A stretch of DNA of 28,115 nt from a virus (lineage: Duplodnaviria > Caudoviricetes), in the IMG/VR virus record IMGVR_UViG_3300037509_000017, positions 1 through 28,115 of that record; one strand, given 5' to 3'. Positions 15,984 to 23,645 of the stretch are shown here, one piece after another. Within the stretch, counting starts at the first letter, position 1. Every line of letters starts with the position of its first letter. The notes under the pieces were generated by a model. That model made no database searches. It was given only the letters and a program-made list of their open reading frames with translations, and was not told the origin of the DNA. The position numbers were made by a program, and so were the translations under genes.

Positions 15984-17114
15984 TTATTCCCTCACTTCTA
16001 TGATTTCGCCGAAAGGCGCTTTAGGCCTGGAATTGCCAGTTACAGCCCATAAAACCGGATATTCCGGGCAATCTCCAAAGTCATCACAATATAAATCAGT
16101 TAGGAAAATCAGGCAGGCAGGCGGGCAATCTTGAGAGTCAACGTATTTAATAACCGGGCTAAAAGCCGTGCCGCCGCCGCCGATCGGTGAAATTTTTAAT
16201 TCTTCATCTTGATCAACGAACTCCGTTTTACAGATTACAGAATCAAAGTAAACAATTTCAGTTGAACTAGGCCGCATATCTTGACGGATTGTATTGATTT
16301 CAGCGGCGAAATTTTTCAGCAATTTAGCATCTACACTGCCTGAACAATCGACGGCAATAATAACCTTGCCCATTCTTTCGCCCATGAGACTAGGCAAATA
16401 AATATCCTCAGCTAAAAAACGGCGTTTAGGCCGTGCAAAACTAAAATCAATTTTCGCACGCTCTGATAGGTATTTTCTAAGGGCATCGCGCCAGTCAACT
16501 TTAGATTGCACGATTCCATCTATTAGCCTTTCAAGGCCGCCCGATAACTTGCCCTGCATCTTCGCTGCGTTTTTCGCTGCAATGACTTTTACTTTCAGTT
16601 GCGCCGATTTTTCGGCAATCGTGGCGGCATCGGTTTTAGATTGCCCGTTGTTAGTACCTGAATCGTGAACTTGATCTAAAGCGCCGCCGTCATCACCTGG
16701 CTTTTTACTTTCGTCGGATTCCGGCAATAGCTTATAAACCCCCTCAGCGGTATTATTGCCCTGCTTTACTAGGCTAGGATTATACAGCCCGCCTTTAGGC
16801 ATCGCGCCGATTCTATCATTGACTAGCAATTCATTGATTACATAGTCGGCGGCCTGATTCCATCTATTAGGGCCACGATTCCCGCGCCTGCCCATGTGAT
16901 CAAATACACAATGGAGAGTCTCATGGGCTAAAACGAAAGTTAGCTCTGACATGGTGAGGGAATCCACAAAATCAGGATTATATAAAATCGTCTCTCCATC
17001 GGTTGCCATGGTAGGAATGTCCGATTTTTCAATCATAGGCATTGAAAGCAGGATAGACGCGAAAAATGGTTGATCAATGATTAGGCCCGCGCGGGCCTTA
17101 GCTAGTTTATTCAT
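15984..17114 (-). CDS. Metallopeptidase-like + VWA protein (DUF2201-like)
   Basis: PTMATDG, LAHETLH (HExxH), WNQAADYVIN, VDWR, VDCSGS (MIDAS), GGGGTAF, IFLTDLY, YPVLW; start moved to MNKLAK. Confidence 0.9.
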   Translation of the reverse strand: MNKLAKARAGLIIDQPFFASILLSMPMIEKSDIPTMATDGETILYNPDFVDSLTMSELTFVLAHETLHCVFDHMGRRGNRGPNRWNQAADYVINELLVNDRIGAMPKGGLYNPSLVKQGNNTAEGVYKLLPESDESKKPGDDGGALDQVHDSGTNNGQSKTDAATIAEKSAQLKVKVIAAKNAAKMQGKLSGGLERLIDGIVQSKVDWRDALRKYLSERAKIDFSFARPKRRFLAEDIYLPSLMGERMGKVIIAVDCSGSVDAKLLKNFAAEINTIRQDMRPSSTEIVYFDSVICKTEFVDQDEELKISPIGGGGTAFSPVIKYVDSQDCPPACLIFLTDLYCDDFGDCPEYPVLWAVTGNSRPKAPFGEIIEVRE

Positions 17115-17415
17115 TCCTGGAATCTCCCTTGTAAAGATAAATTTTATCGTGGCCACGACTAGAGGCAGTCTCTAAAATTTCGAATAGATCATACTCACTG
17201 AAATCATTTTCATTGATTCCGTAGTGGTATCCGGCGCGGGCCGCATTTTCGTGCAACTCATCGGGAATTACTGCCAGTGAATACCCGGAATTAAGAGACT
17301 GAAAATAAATTTTCCCGCCCGATATGGTCATATCAAGTTCATCCGTTGAGCAGTCTAAAACCTCGTGGCAGATATCAATTATTTTATTATAAAATTCATT
17401 TAGTCTCAGTTGCAT
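17107..17415 (-). CDS. Hypothetical acidic protein
   Basis: 102 aa ORF overlapping neighbours, GAAAGG RBS. Confidence 0.65.
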   Translation of the reverse strand: MQLRLNEFYNKIIDICHEVLDCSTDELDMTISGGKIYFQSLNSGYSLAVIPDELHENAARAGYHYGINENDFSEYDLFEILETASSRGHDKIYLYKGDSRNE

Positions 17416-17563
17416 AAAGGCCTTTCAAGTACTCCATTGCATCACGTTTTAAATCGAATCGCGCTACCCATTCCCATGATCTAGTAGACTCATTATAAAA
17501 CTCTATATCCCATGCCGGGCGGCTATTATTTTCTTGTTCTCGTTTTTCGATTCGGTAGCCCAT
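17396..17563 (-). CDS. 55-aa leaderless protein (MGYRIEKREQENNSRPAWDIEFYNESTRSWEWVARFDLKRDAMEYLKGLYATETK)
   Basis: Fills the intergenic gap; ATG 6 nt after a -10 hexamer; below ORF-track cutoff. Confidence 0.65.
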   Translation of the reverse strand: MGYRIEKREQENNSRPAWDIEFYNESTRSWEWVARFDLKRDAMEYLKGLYATETK

Positions 17564-17569
17564 ATAAAT

Positions 17570-17624
17570 ATGTTACTAAGTTGTTAACAACTTGTCAATT
17601 AAGATAGCAAGTTGTTATCAACTT
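17570..17624 (-). promoter_or_regulatory. Internal promoter with two operators
   Basis: TTGACA-17-TAACAT (17570-17598); perfect palindrome AAGTTGTTAACAACTT in the spacer (17578-17593); AAGTTGTTATCAACTT (17609-17624). Confidence 0.8.
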
Positions 17625-18492
17625 ATTTCAGGCCGCCCATAAACGCGCCCATGCGAGACTCAATATCTGCAAGCGCCTTTCGGGCCTTGTCTCTTTCGTT
17701 GTTATCCTTTCGGATTGTATCGGTATCAATGGAATCAACTAAGGCGCGGGCGTCATCGCTCAACTGATCTAGTTTAGAATCATTTGAGATATTGAGCGCC
17801 GGAATCAGTGAGGATATTTCGGCGATATTTTCTAAAAGTGAATCCCTGAAAATAGCTTTAGGGTCTTTTAGTTTTTCAGTAGCGGCCTTTAATACCTGGA
17901 ATAAACGGCTTGCAGCGTCTCTCATTGCCGCCGTCTCAATGGCTTTCATTTTCTTTTCGAATTCCCGTTTTTCGGCATCGGATACCGCTACCCGAAAATC
18001 TTTAGAATCAGGCATGGGCAGAAAATCAACTGAGATATTGAATTTATCCTCAATATTTTCCGGGTACTCGCTAGAATCGTATAAATCCCCTAGCCGTTTT
18101 TCGGCGTCGATTTTTAATTGAGGATAGGCCGCCGAAAATGCCTTGACGGCCTGATCGAATTCGGCCTTGATTTTTCGCATTTCAGTCTGAAATTTCAGAT
18201 AGTTTTTACTTGAAATAATTCGAGTACCATCACTCATCCAAGGTAAAGTATTTTCGTAGTAAAATTTTCGGGCCTGGCTTGCGATAGTTGAGACGGCCTC
18301 TAATTCCTTAGCGCCTGGCAATAGTTTTTTATGGTAGTTGCCCGCGCCTGTATCGGCTTTATGGGCAAGGTTAGCCGTTTCGGTAGCGCGTCTATCTAAT
18401 TTTCGGGCGGCCCATTGACTGATATTTACAGAGACAAGCAGGGCACGAGTTGAGAGGGAGTTAACTGGTTTAGTTGATTTCTGATTTTTCAT
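17623..18492 (-). CDS. DUF3150-like helical protein associated with phage AAA/VWA pairs
   Basis: 289 aa; LLVSVNISQWAARKLD, TLPWMSDGTRI, LGDLYDSSEYP, IFRDSLLENI, LNISND; family name from recall. Confidence 0.7.
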   Translation of the reverse strand: MKNQKSTKPVNSLSTRALLVSVNISQWAARKLDRRATETANLAHKADTGAGNYHKKLLPGAKELEAVSTIASQARKFYYENTLPWMSDGTRIISSKNYLKFQTEMRKIKAEFDQAVKAFSAAYPQLKIDAEKRLGDLYDSSEYPENIEDKFNISVDFLPMPDSKDFRVAVSDAEKREFEKKMKAIETAAMRDAASRLFQVLKAATEKLKDPKAIFRDSLLENIAEISSLIPALNISNDSKLDQLSDDARALVDSIDTDTIRKDNNERDKARKALADIESRMGAFMGGLK

Positions 18493-18514
18493 TTTAAATT
18501 TTCCTTTCGATTTA

Positions 18515-19051
18515 TTAGCACGCAGTGAATTCGGTATGCCGTAGCGGCATGATCATTAGAACAATTTCGCCGGATTGGTCTAAGGCAATGACCGGGGATT
18601 TTTCGTCTCTATACATAGGTTTAATTTCAGGCGAGAAAAACAGGGCCGCGCTGTATTCAATATCCAAGATCGGCGCGGCATCTTGCCGGAATGCCGCCAC
18701 TACTTGAGTATAGTTATCCGGGCGGCCTCTAAAATATCCCTCAATGAAATGGGTTTTAGAAAGATCAAGCGGGCGATACTCAGCTATTTTCGTTGAGTTG
18801 ACTAGTTCCTCTATTCTCATTGAATGGGATTCCGCGCCGTTGAGTCTCTCAATAGTTCGGGCGATTCTATCGCGCTTTACTCGATTAGTGAGGCCGATTA
18901 GTCCGCTTGCCCTGGTACGCGGCAAGCTTAAAAGCCATGTAATCCTAAATAGCCATTGTTTATTAGTGACAAAGTTGCCTTGAAAATAAAGCGTTTCATT
19001 TTTAGGGATTTTTTTAAATCGGCAAGTTGACGGCAATTTGATTTTATTCAT
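18515..19051 (-). CDS. Hypothetical protein
   Basis: 178 aa, GAAAGGAAAA RBS; C-terminal SPVIA...LMIMPLR. Confidence 0.7.
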   Translation of the reverse strand: MNKIKLPSTCRFKKIPKNETLYFQGNFVTNKQWLFRITWLLSLPRTRASGLIGLTNRVKRDRIARTIERLNGAESHSMRIEELVNSTKIAEYRPLDLSKTHFIEGYFRGRPDNYTQVVAAFRQDAAPILDIEYSAALFFSPEIKPMYRDEKSPVIALDQSGEIVLMIMPLRHTEFTAC

Positions 19052-19065
19052 TTTAGTTTTTCCTT

Positions 19066-20073
19066 TCAGGTTAGAAGATCGGCACCATCTTTAGAGGCCC
19101 AATCAATGAAATCAGTTGTGTTAGCGATATCGGAATCTTTCGCCATGCAATCTTTTACGAATAAGACCGAAAATTCAGGCGGCAAGCGTTTAATATAGGT
19201 CAAGGCCCGCCCGAAATTGGCAGGCGTAACCCTTGAAACAAGCGCCCCGACAATCGCGTATATGGTAGCGGCATCTTTAGGAATCGCTGATTTTTTAGGG
19301 TCTAGCATGATTGCATCCGGGTTAGGCAATTGCCGAAAAATTTTCAGGAATGCCAGCAACTCACTTGCCGGGCCTTGTCCCACGTCTCCACTGAATACAT
19401 TGAATTCCAGTGAACTAGGGATAACTCCAAGTCTCGCGCTGATTCCCTCTACCCATGCGCGGGGAGTTGCGTTTATCTCTTGCTTTGAATCATAGTTAGT
19501 TAGAAGCTCCGGGCGGAATCGAATAAAGGCCACTACTTCAGGTTTCACGCCATTTTCTAAGGCCCATTGAGACCAATCATCTAGGCTTGCGTCTAGTTCT
19601 ACGCGAGTCATCCTGTTTGAAAGATGACCTAGAATTCTATTAGCGCCTGCCCGATCACTTGCACGATTGCCAGTTGCTATAATTGTCCATCCCTTTTTAA
19701 GTTTATGACCGTGGATATCGCGCTCCTGTACTAGGTTAGCTAAAATTTTCTGCGCCGATTGATCGGCCTGAGGCAATTCGTCGATTAGAAAAATCCCTTG
19801 CTCAGGGCAATCGGAATTTTCAAGCGGGAATTTTTCAGCGGATACAATAAACTTGAGTTGATCTTTTTTAGCGCCGTGAACTACTGGCATTCCATAATCC
19901 TCAGGCTGTAACAGTGGCGCGTGAATCGCTTTAAATCCTATTCCTAATTCGGCGGCAACTTGCGCCACTATTTGAGTTTTTCCAAGGCCCGGCGATGACT
20001 CAACCATGACGGCGCGTTTAGAGTCACATTGACGGATTGCTTTGATTAGTTGCTTGAATTCACTAGGTTTCAT
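19066..20073 (-). CDS. MoxR-like AAA+ ATPase (AAA_5 type)
   Basis: SPGLGKT (Walker A), FLIDE (Walker B), IATGNR, LSNRM (Arg finger), ATPRAW (sensor 2). Confidence 0.9.
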   Translation of the reverse strand: MKPSEFKQLIKAIRQCDSKRAVMVESSPGLGKTQIVAQVAAELGIGFKAIHAPLLQPEDYGMPVVHGAKKDQLKFIVSAEKFPLENSDCPEQGIFLIDELPQADQSAQKILANLVQERDIHGHKLKKGWTIIATGNRASDRAGANRILGHLSNRMTRVELDASLDDWSQWALENGVKPEVVAFIRFRPELLTNYDSKQEINATPRAWVEGISARLGVIPSSLEFNVFSGDVGQGPASELLAFLKIFRQLPNPDAIMLDPKKSAIPKDAATIYAIVGALVSRVTPANFGRALTYIKRLPPEFSVLFVKDCMAKDSDIANTTDFIDWASKDGADLLT

Positions 20074-20124
20074 TTTCTATTTTCCTTTCGAGTTATCGGC
20101 CTTTCAAACTAGCCGTATATCCCT

Positions 20125-20159
20125 AGTATAGTTGTTAACAACTAAGTTGTAAACAACTT
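20125..20159 (-). promoter_or_regulatory. Promoter of AAA operon with tandem operators
   Basis: TTTACA-17-TATACT (20125-20153) covered by TAGTTGTTAACAACTA (20129-20144) and AAGTTGTAAACAACTT (20144-20159). Confidence 0.8.
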
Positions 20160-20216
20160 TCTATATTAGATTGTGAAAAATTTGATAGCGAGCTGTCAGA
20201 CGATGTTATACAGCGT

Positions 20217-20232
20217 TAGTTGCTAACAACTT
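20217..20232. promoter_or_regulatory. Palindromic operator-like site
   Basis: TAGTTGCTAACAACTT; reverse complement matches the 14716 site at 15/16 positions. Confidence 0.7.
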
Positions 20233-20279
20233 AGTGAGGGGTCACTATACATATAGAGCGGAAACACCGCAGAGCGAAT

Positions 20280-20517
20280 TAAACGGCAATCGTTTAGGCG
20301 CTCAACTGATTCAGTTTACAATCGTTCAACTATCCTAGTTGAGCCTTGCCAGTAAACGAAATCCGTTGAGTCTCTAAACTAGTCTCGTTGATTTCTACTA
20401 TTCCCGTTGAGGCCCGCAACGAATCCAGTAGAAATTAAACGATTCCAGTTGAGACGCGCAACGAGTTCAATTGAAAGTTCAACTAATCTGGTTGAATCGC
20501 TCAACTGATTTCGTTGA
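20280..20517. repeat. Right array of 11 degenerate palindromes TCAAC-N7-GTTGA
   Basis: 17-bp units start at 20280, 20302, 20326, 20353, 20375, 20394, 20416, 20436, 20458, 20479, 20501. Confidence 0.9.
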
Positions 20518-20610
20518 TTTTCCCATCTCTAATGTATAGGAGATGATGAGTGGGTGCCGCGCCACCTTGTAAAACACAAGTTACCGGAAAATTTTTTGGG
20601 AGAATTTTTT

Positions 20611-20979
20611 ATGGCCAGAGAAAGAACAGCATTGCTCGGTAAGAAATCCGCCAACCTTGAGATGGGCGGGCTGTCTGTACAGCTTGCAGTTTTGATGCGG
20701 AGACTTGAAATTCTCAACAGGATTCTAACGAAGTCTCAGCACCTGTTACTACAAAAAATTCCAGACATCTACGAGCACGGTCCCGATCTATCGGGAGATT
20801 TGTTCAAGTATCAAGAGTGGGAAAAAATGAAAACACACCAGACTGAATTGAAACAGGAGTGGAACGAGATTTCAAAAATTGTTGAGGAGACCCACCGAGA
20901 AATTTCCAAGATAAAGAAGAGAATGAAAGTGGCCCAGGTGAAGGAAAGGCTGCAAGGCAAAACTTCTGGCTCGCCATAG
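20611..20979 (+). CDS. Hypothetical coiled-coil protein
   Basis: 122 aa from ATG with GGGAGA RBS. Confidence 0.65.
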   Translation: MARERTALLGKKSANLEMGGLSVQLAVLMRRLEILNRILTKSQHLLLQKIPDIYEHGPDLSGDLFKYQEWEKMKTHQTELKQEWNEISKIVEETHREISKIKKRMKVAQVKERLQGKTSGSP

Positions 20980-21059
20980 GCCGCCGCCCCCTAAAAAATC
21001 GCTCCGTCTTAAAAAAACACACCCCCTGGGTTACTATCCCCCTGGGTAAGGAGAACCAA

Positions 21060-21506
21060 ATGAAAGATGTAGAAACAAGAGCACTGAACTGGCTGATCAA
21101 GAATCATGATGGGTTGAGGAATTACCTCGACGGAATGCATGGGCCTTTCTCTGATGAGAAGGCAGACCTGGAGGACATCATCAGAGAGTCTGAAAAACAG
21201 GAGAAAGATATCCCCCTCAAAGCCAATCGAAGTCTGTTCCTGGTGGCCATCGATACAGATAAGGAAATCAACGGCAACACCGTCAAGCATTATGTGAGTC
21301 GTGCTCTGAAAAGATTCCCCAAGTACGATGACCAGAAAGCCCTGTACGAAGGGCCTTTCGGGTTCATGCACATCAACAAAGCGAGGATGTACGTTACCGA
21401 TATCCCAGTCATGAAAGACCCACAGGATTTTAGAACTACCTTGCTCAGAGTAAAAAGAGTGGAGAGCTTTTTATCCAGGACTTTCAGGGAGATCGAACCA
21501 GAGTAG
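21060..21506 (+). CDS. Hypothetical protein
   Basis: 148 aa, AAGGAG RBS. Confidence 0.75.
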   Translation: MKDVETRALNWLIKNHDGLRNYLDGMHGPFSDEKADLEDIIRESEKQEKDIPLKANRSLFLVAIDTDKEINGNTVKHYVSRALKRFPKYDDQKALYEGPFGFMHINKARMYVTDIPVMKDPQDFRTTLLRVKRVESFLSRTFREIEPE

Positions 21507-21572
21507 TCCGTCAAAATAATACCTGAAGAGGGTGCTCCAAATTCCAGTTACACTTGAGTCTTAGGTGGTTCT

Positions 21573-21651
21573 GGCCCCGTAGCTCAGAGGAAGAGTGAAC
21601 GATGACAAAGCTCTCGTTAGGTCGATGGTTCGAGTCCATCCGGGGCATCCA
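21573..21651 (+). tRNA. tRNA-like gene, isotype undetermined (11-nt anticodon loop)
   Basis: GGCCCCG-TA-GCTC/GAGT D-arm, AACGA/TCGTT anticodon stem, AGGTC variable loop, GATGG-TTCGAGT-CCATC T-arm, CGGGGCA-T-CCA. Confidence 0.75.
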
Positions 21652-21692
21652 CCAAGTTGACAATATCTTTCTGCCTCGATAGTAAATTCTCC

Positions 21693-22004
21693 ATGAGAGA
21701 CTTGCGGGCCTTGGTTATTTTGCACTCAGTAATTAAATCAGGTTCCGCAGTAATCAACCGCACAGGGCACGTCATCCACATCAAAGTAGAAACCTTCTCT
21801 GTCCCAGATTTAAATCTCTATACCTTCACCACCATGTGCCGGAGTGTCGCCACCATTCGAGGATTTCCTATCTCGTCATCAACTGATCTTCCACACTACG
21901 TCCGGGTATGCACTCGATGCTTGTGGTCCAAAAATAAAAAGGTACGATTGAGGAATGAAAAATCTACTACTCCTGACCCTAATACTCTCCCTCTCTCCGG
22001 TTAA
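21693..22004 (+). CDS. Hypothetical small protein with H..C..CxxC
   Basis: ATG downstream of TTGACA (21657); 3' end overlaps the next gene by 50 nt. Confidence 0.4.
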   Translation: MRDLRALVILHSVIKSGSAVINRTGHVIHIKVETFSVPDLNLYTFTTMCRSVATIRGFPISSSTDLPHYVRVCTRCLWSKNKKVRLRNEKSTTPDPNTLPLSG

Positions 22005-22755
22005 TTCCCAGGCCTTTGGTCCAAAGCGGTCCCCTGTTCCTACCCCTACTCCGGTAGCTACCGCAACACCGTCACCATCGTCATCACCGTCACCCACAGC
22101 AAGCCCTACGGTGAGTCCTTCCCCAACCCCTTCTCCAAGCCCAGGCCAAGGCCCAAAGTTCGTCCTGGGGCCAAATGTAGGCTCCAACGTGGACCGGGTT
22201 TTCGCCCAGAAGGCGGTCGATATCATGAACCGCCATGTGGCCTCGGGATGCCTCAAGGAGAAGTTCCAGAAGCGATCTGTGACCTCTCTGCACAACGTAG
22301 AGGGTGTCCAGGTGAAGACCAAGGAAGAAGCCTACAATAAGTTTCTGGCTAACGCGCCGTACAAGCTCGACCTTCGTTGGTATAAGAAAAGCTTTAGTAA
22401 TGTGATCGGGTATACCTACAACTGGCTGGACGGAATGGATGCGGATCGCTGCTATAACAAGTCCTCTCCGCAGTGCCCCACCGAGACCAAGATATACTCA
22501 AACACGAACATTATCTCGGGCTACTCCGCTGGAGACTACGCGGCTCACTTGATTCATGAACTGTCCCACCAGGCTCGGGCCGGAGGCTTCGTTCACTGGA
22601 CCGTCTTTGATGGATCGACCCCCTACGAGATCGGGTACGCGATGGACGACTGTGTTTACGCACCAGCAAAAGGCATGAAGCAAGAGCAGCGGGCACCTTC
22701 AAAATTCAAAAAGACTATGCAACTGCACACCCATGCGCTAAAAGCAGTTCATTAG
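21955..22755 (+). CDS. Secreted HExxH zinc-metallopeptidase-like protein with Pro/Thr/Ser linker
   Basis: Signal peptide MKNLLLLTLILSLSPVNSQA, (PT/SP)n tract, VIGYTY, AAHLIHELSH..GFVH...STPYEIG; four Cys. Confidence 0.75.
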   Translation: MKNLLLLTLILSLSPVNSQAFGPKRSPVPTPTPVATATPSPSSSPSPTASPTVSPSPTPSPSPGQGPKFVLGPNVGSNVDRVFAQKAVDIMNRHVASGCLKEKFQKRSVTSLHNVEGVQVKTKEEAYNKFLANAPYKLDLRWYKKSFSNVIGYTYNWLDGMDADRCYNKSSPQCPTETKIYSNTNIISGYSAGDYAAHLIHELSHQARAGGFVHWTVFDGSTPYEIGYAMDDCVYAPAKGMKQEQRAPSKFKKTMQLHTHALKAVH

Positions 22756-22781
22756 CCCATCTCTCTATACACCATGTATCT

Positions 22782-22819
22782 TCCAAGGCTCAGGCCGCGA
22801 ACGCGTTCTGGGCCTTGGA
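22782..22819. terminator. Hairpin between convergent transcription units
   Basis: TCCAAGGCTCAG...CTGGGCCTTGGA with inner CGC-GAAC-GCG; no U-tract. Confidence 0.5.
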
Positions 22820-22825
22820 CCCCTC

Positions 22826-22969
22826 TTAGCGTCCGCTCTTTCCCACAAAGAAAGCCATCATCCCCACCATCATGAAGAAGACGCCGAGAAGAACTACCAT
22901 TCCGGTACGGTCCCATTCCCCGGCATCTGGTGAGTAGTACTTCGGGATATCAATAGGCGGCGAAGTCAT
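22826..22969 (-). CDS. Small single-pass membrane protein
   Basis: 47 aa from MTSPP; hydrophobic stretch GMVVLLGVFFMMVGMMAFFV. Confidence 0.5.
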   Translation of the reverse strand: MTSPPIDIPKYYSPDAGEWDRTGMVVLLGVFFMMVGMMAFFVGKSGR

Positions 22970-22983
22970 CGCCACCAGTTGGG

Positions 22984-23244
22984 TTACTGGGCTATTTTCA
23001 CTTGGCCGATTTCCGGCCTGAGAGTCATGAGGTTGGACCATTTTACTTCTCCAATGTTGGTTTTGAAGTTCGAGAGCCACATCTCAAACTCGACTATATC
23101 TTTCCAAGCGAGCACTCCTCGAAGCCTACCATCAGGTGGAATTTCTACAAATGCGAACTTTCCATCCACTTCTCCCGCTGCGTATCGGTTTCCACTTGGG
23201 AAAGTGAAAGTAAGGACGTACATGCAGCCGGGTTTGGCCATCAT
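22984..23244 (-). CDS. Hypothetical protein
   Basis: Start moved to MMAKPG (ATGA coupling with upstream gene). Confidence 0.6.
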   Translation of the reverse strand: MMAKPGCMYVLTFTFPSGNRYAAGEVDGKFAFVEIPPDGRLRGVLAWKDIVEFEMWLSNFKTNIGEVKWSNLMTLRPEIGQVKIAQ

Positions 23245-23645
23245 TTTTCGGTCCCGAAGTCTGGGTGCTGGTTCTTCATGTGTTGATGTAAATTCTGAAA
23301 GGAACGCTTGCAGCACGGACATACTCCATTCTTGATTCTTGTTTTAACGTGAGTGAGTTTCCCTTTGTACGCTCGGGCCGATCTTTCGAAGTGGTCCCTG
23401 CGTTCGCGAGCACGTTTCAAATCTTCTTCTACCCACTGCTTGCGCTTCTTTTCAAGCTCAAGTTCTCGTTCTAATTTGGCCACTCTTGTTTCTGTGAAGT
23501 GTTGGTCATGCCCATTGGGGCACCAAAAGTTCTGCCCATCGTTCTTCCGGCGATCGTAGAACGCCAGGGGCACCGCAAAGGTGCAAGAACAAGCACAGCA
23601 AGTGATCGTTTTAAAGTCGAAAGAGAACTGGAGAAGTGCGCTCAT
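23241..23645 (-). CDS. Zinc-finger/coiled-coil protein
   Basis: CCACSC...FWCPNGH, coiled coil, C2H2-like CPCCKRSFQNLHQHMKNQHP. Confidence 0.75.
   Translation of the reverse strand: MSALLQFSFDFKTITCCACSCTFAVPLAFYDRRKNDGQNFWCPNGHDQHFTETRVAKLERELELEKKRKQWVEEDLKRARERRDHFERSARAYKGKLTHVKTRIKNGVCPCCKRSFQNLHQHMKNQHPDFGTEK

Noticed and set aside
14410-20517. Palindrome arrays as CRISPR arrays
   Set aside because: Units are 17 bp and degenerate, linkers only 1-12 bp; no identical repeats, spacer-sized inserts or cas genes
14331-20548. Autonomous transposon or integrative element
   Set aside because: No transposase, integrase or invertase inside, and no target-site duplication found by eye
21573-21651. 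tRNA as a host attachment site or a normal assignable tRNA
   Set aside because: Phage-like genes on both sides, no integrase or duplicated 3' end in the window, and the anticodon cannot be assigned
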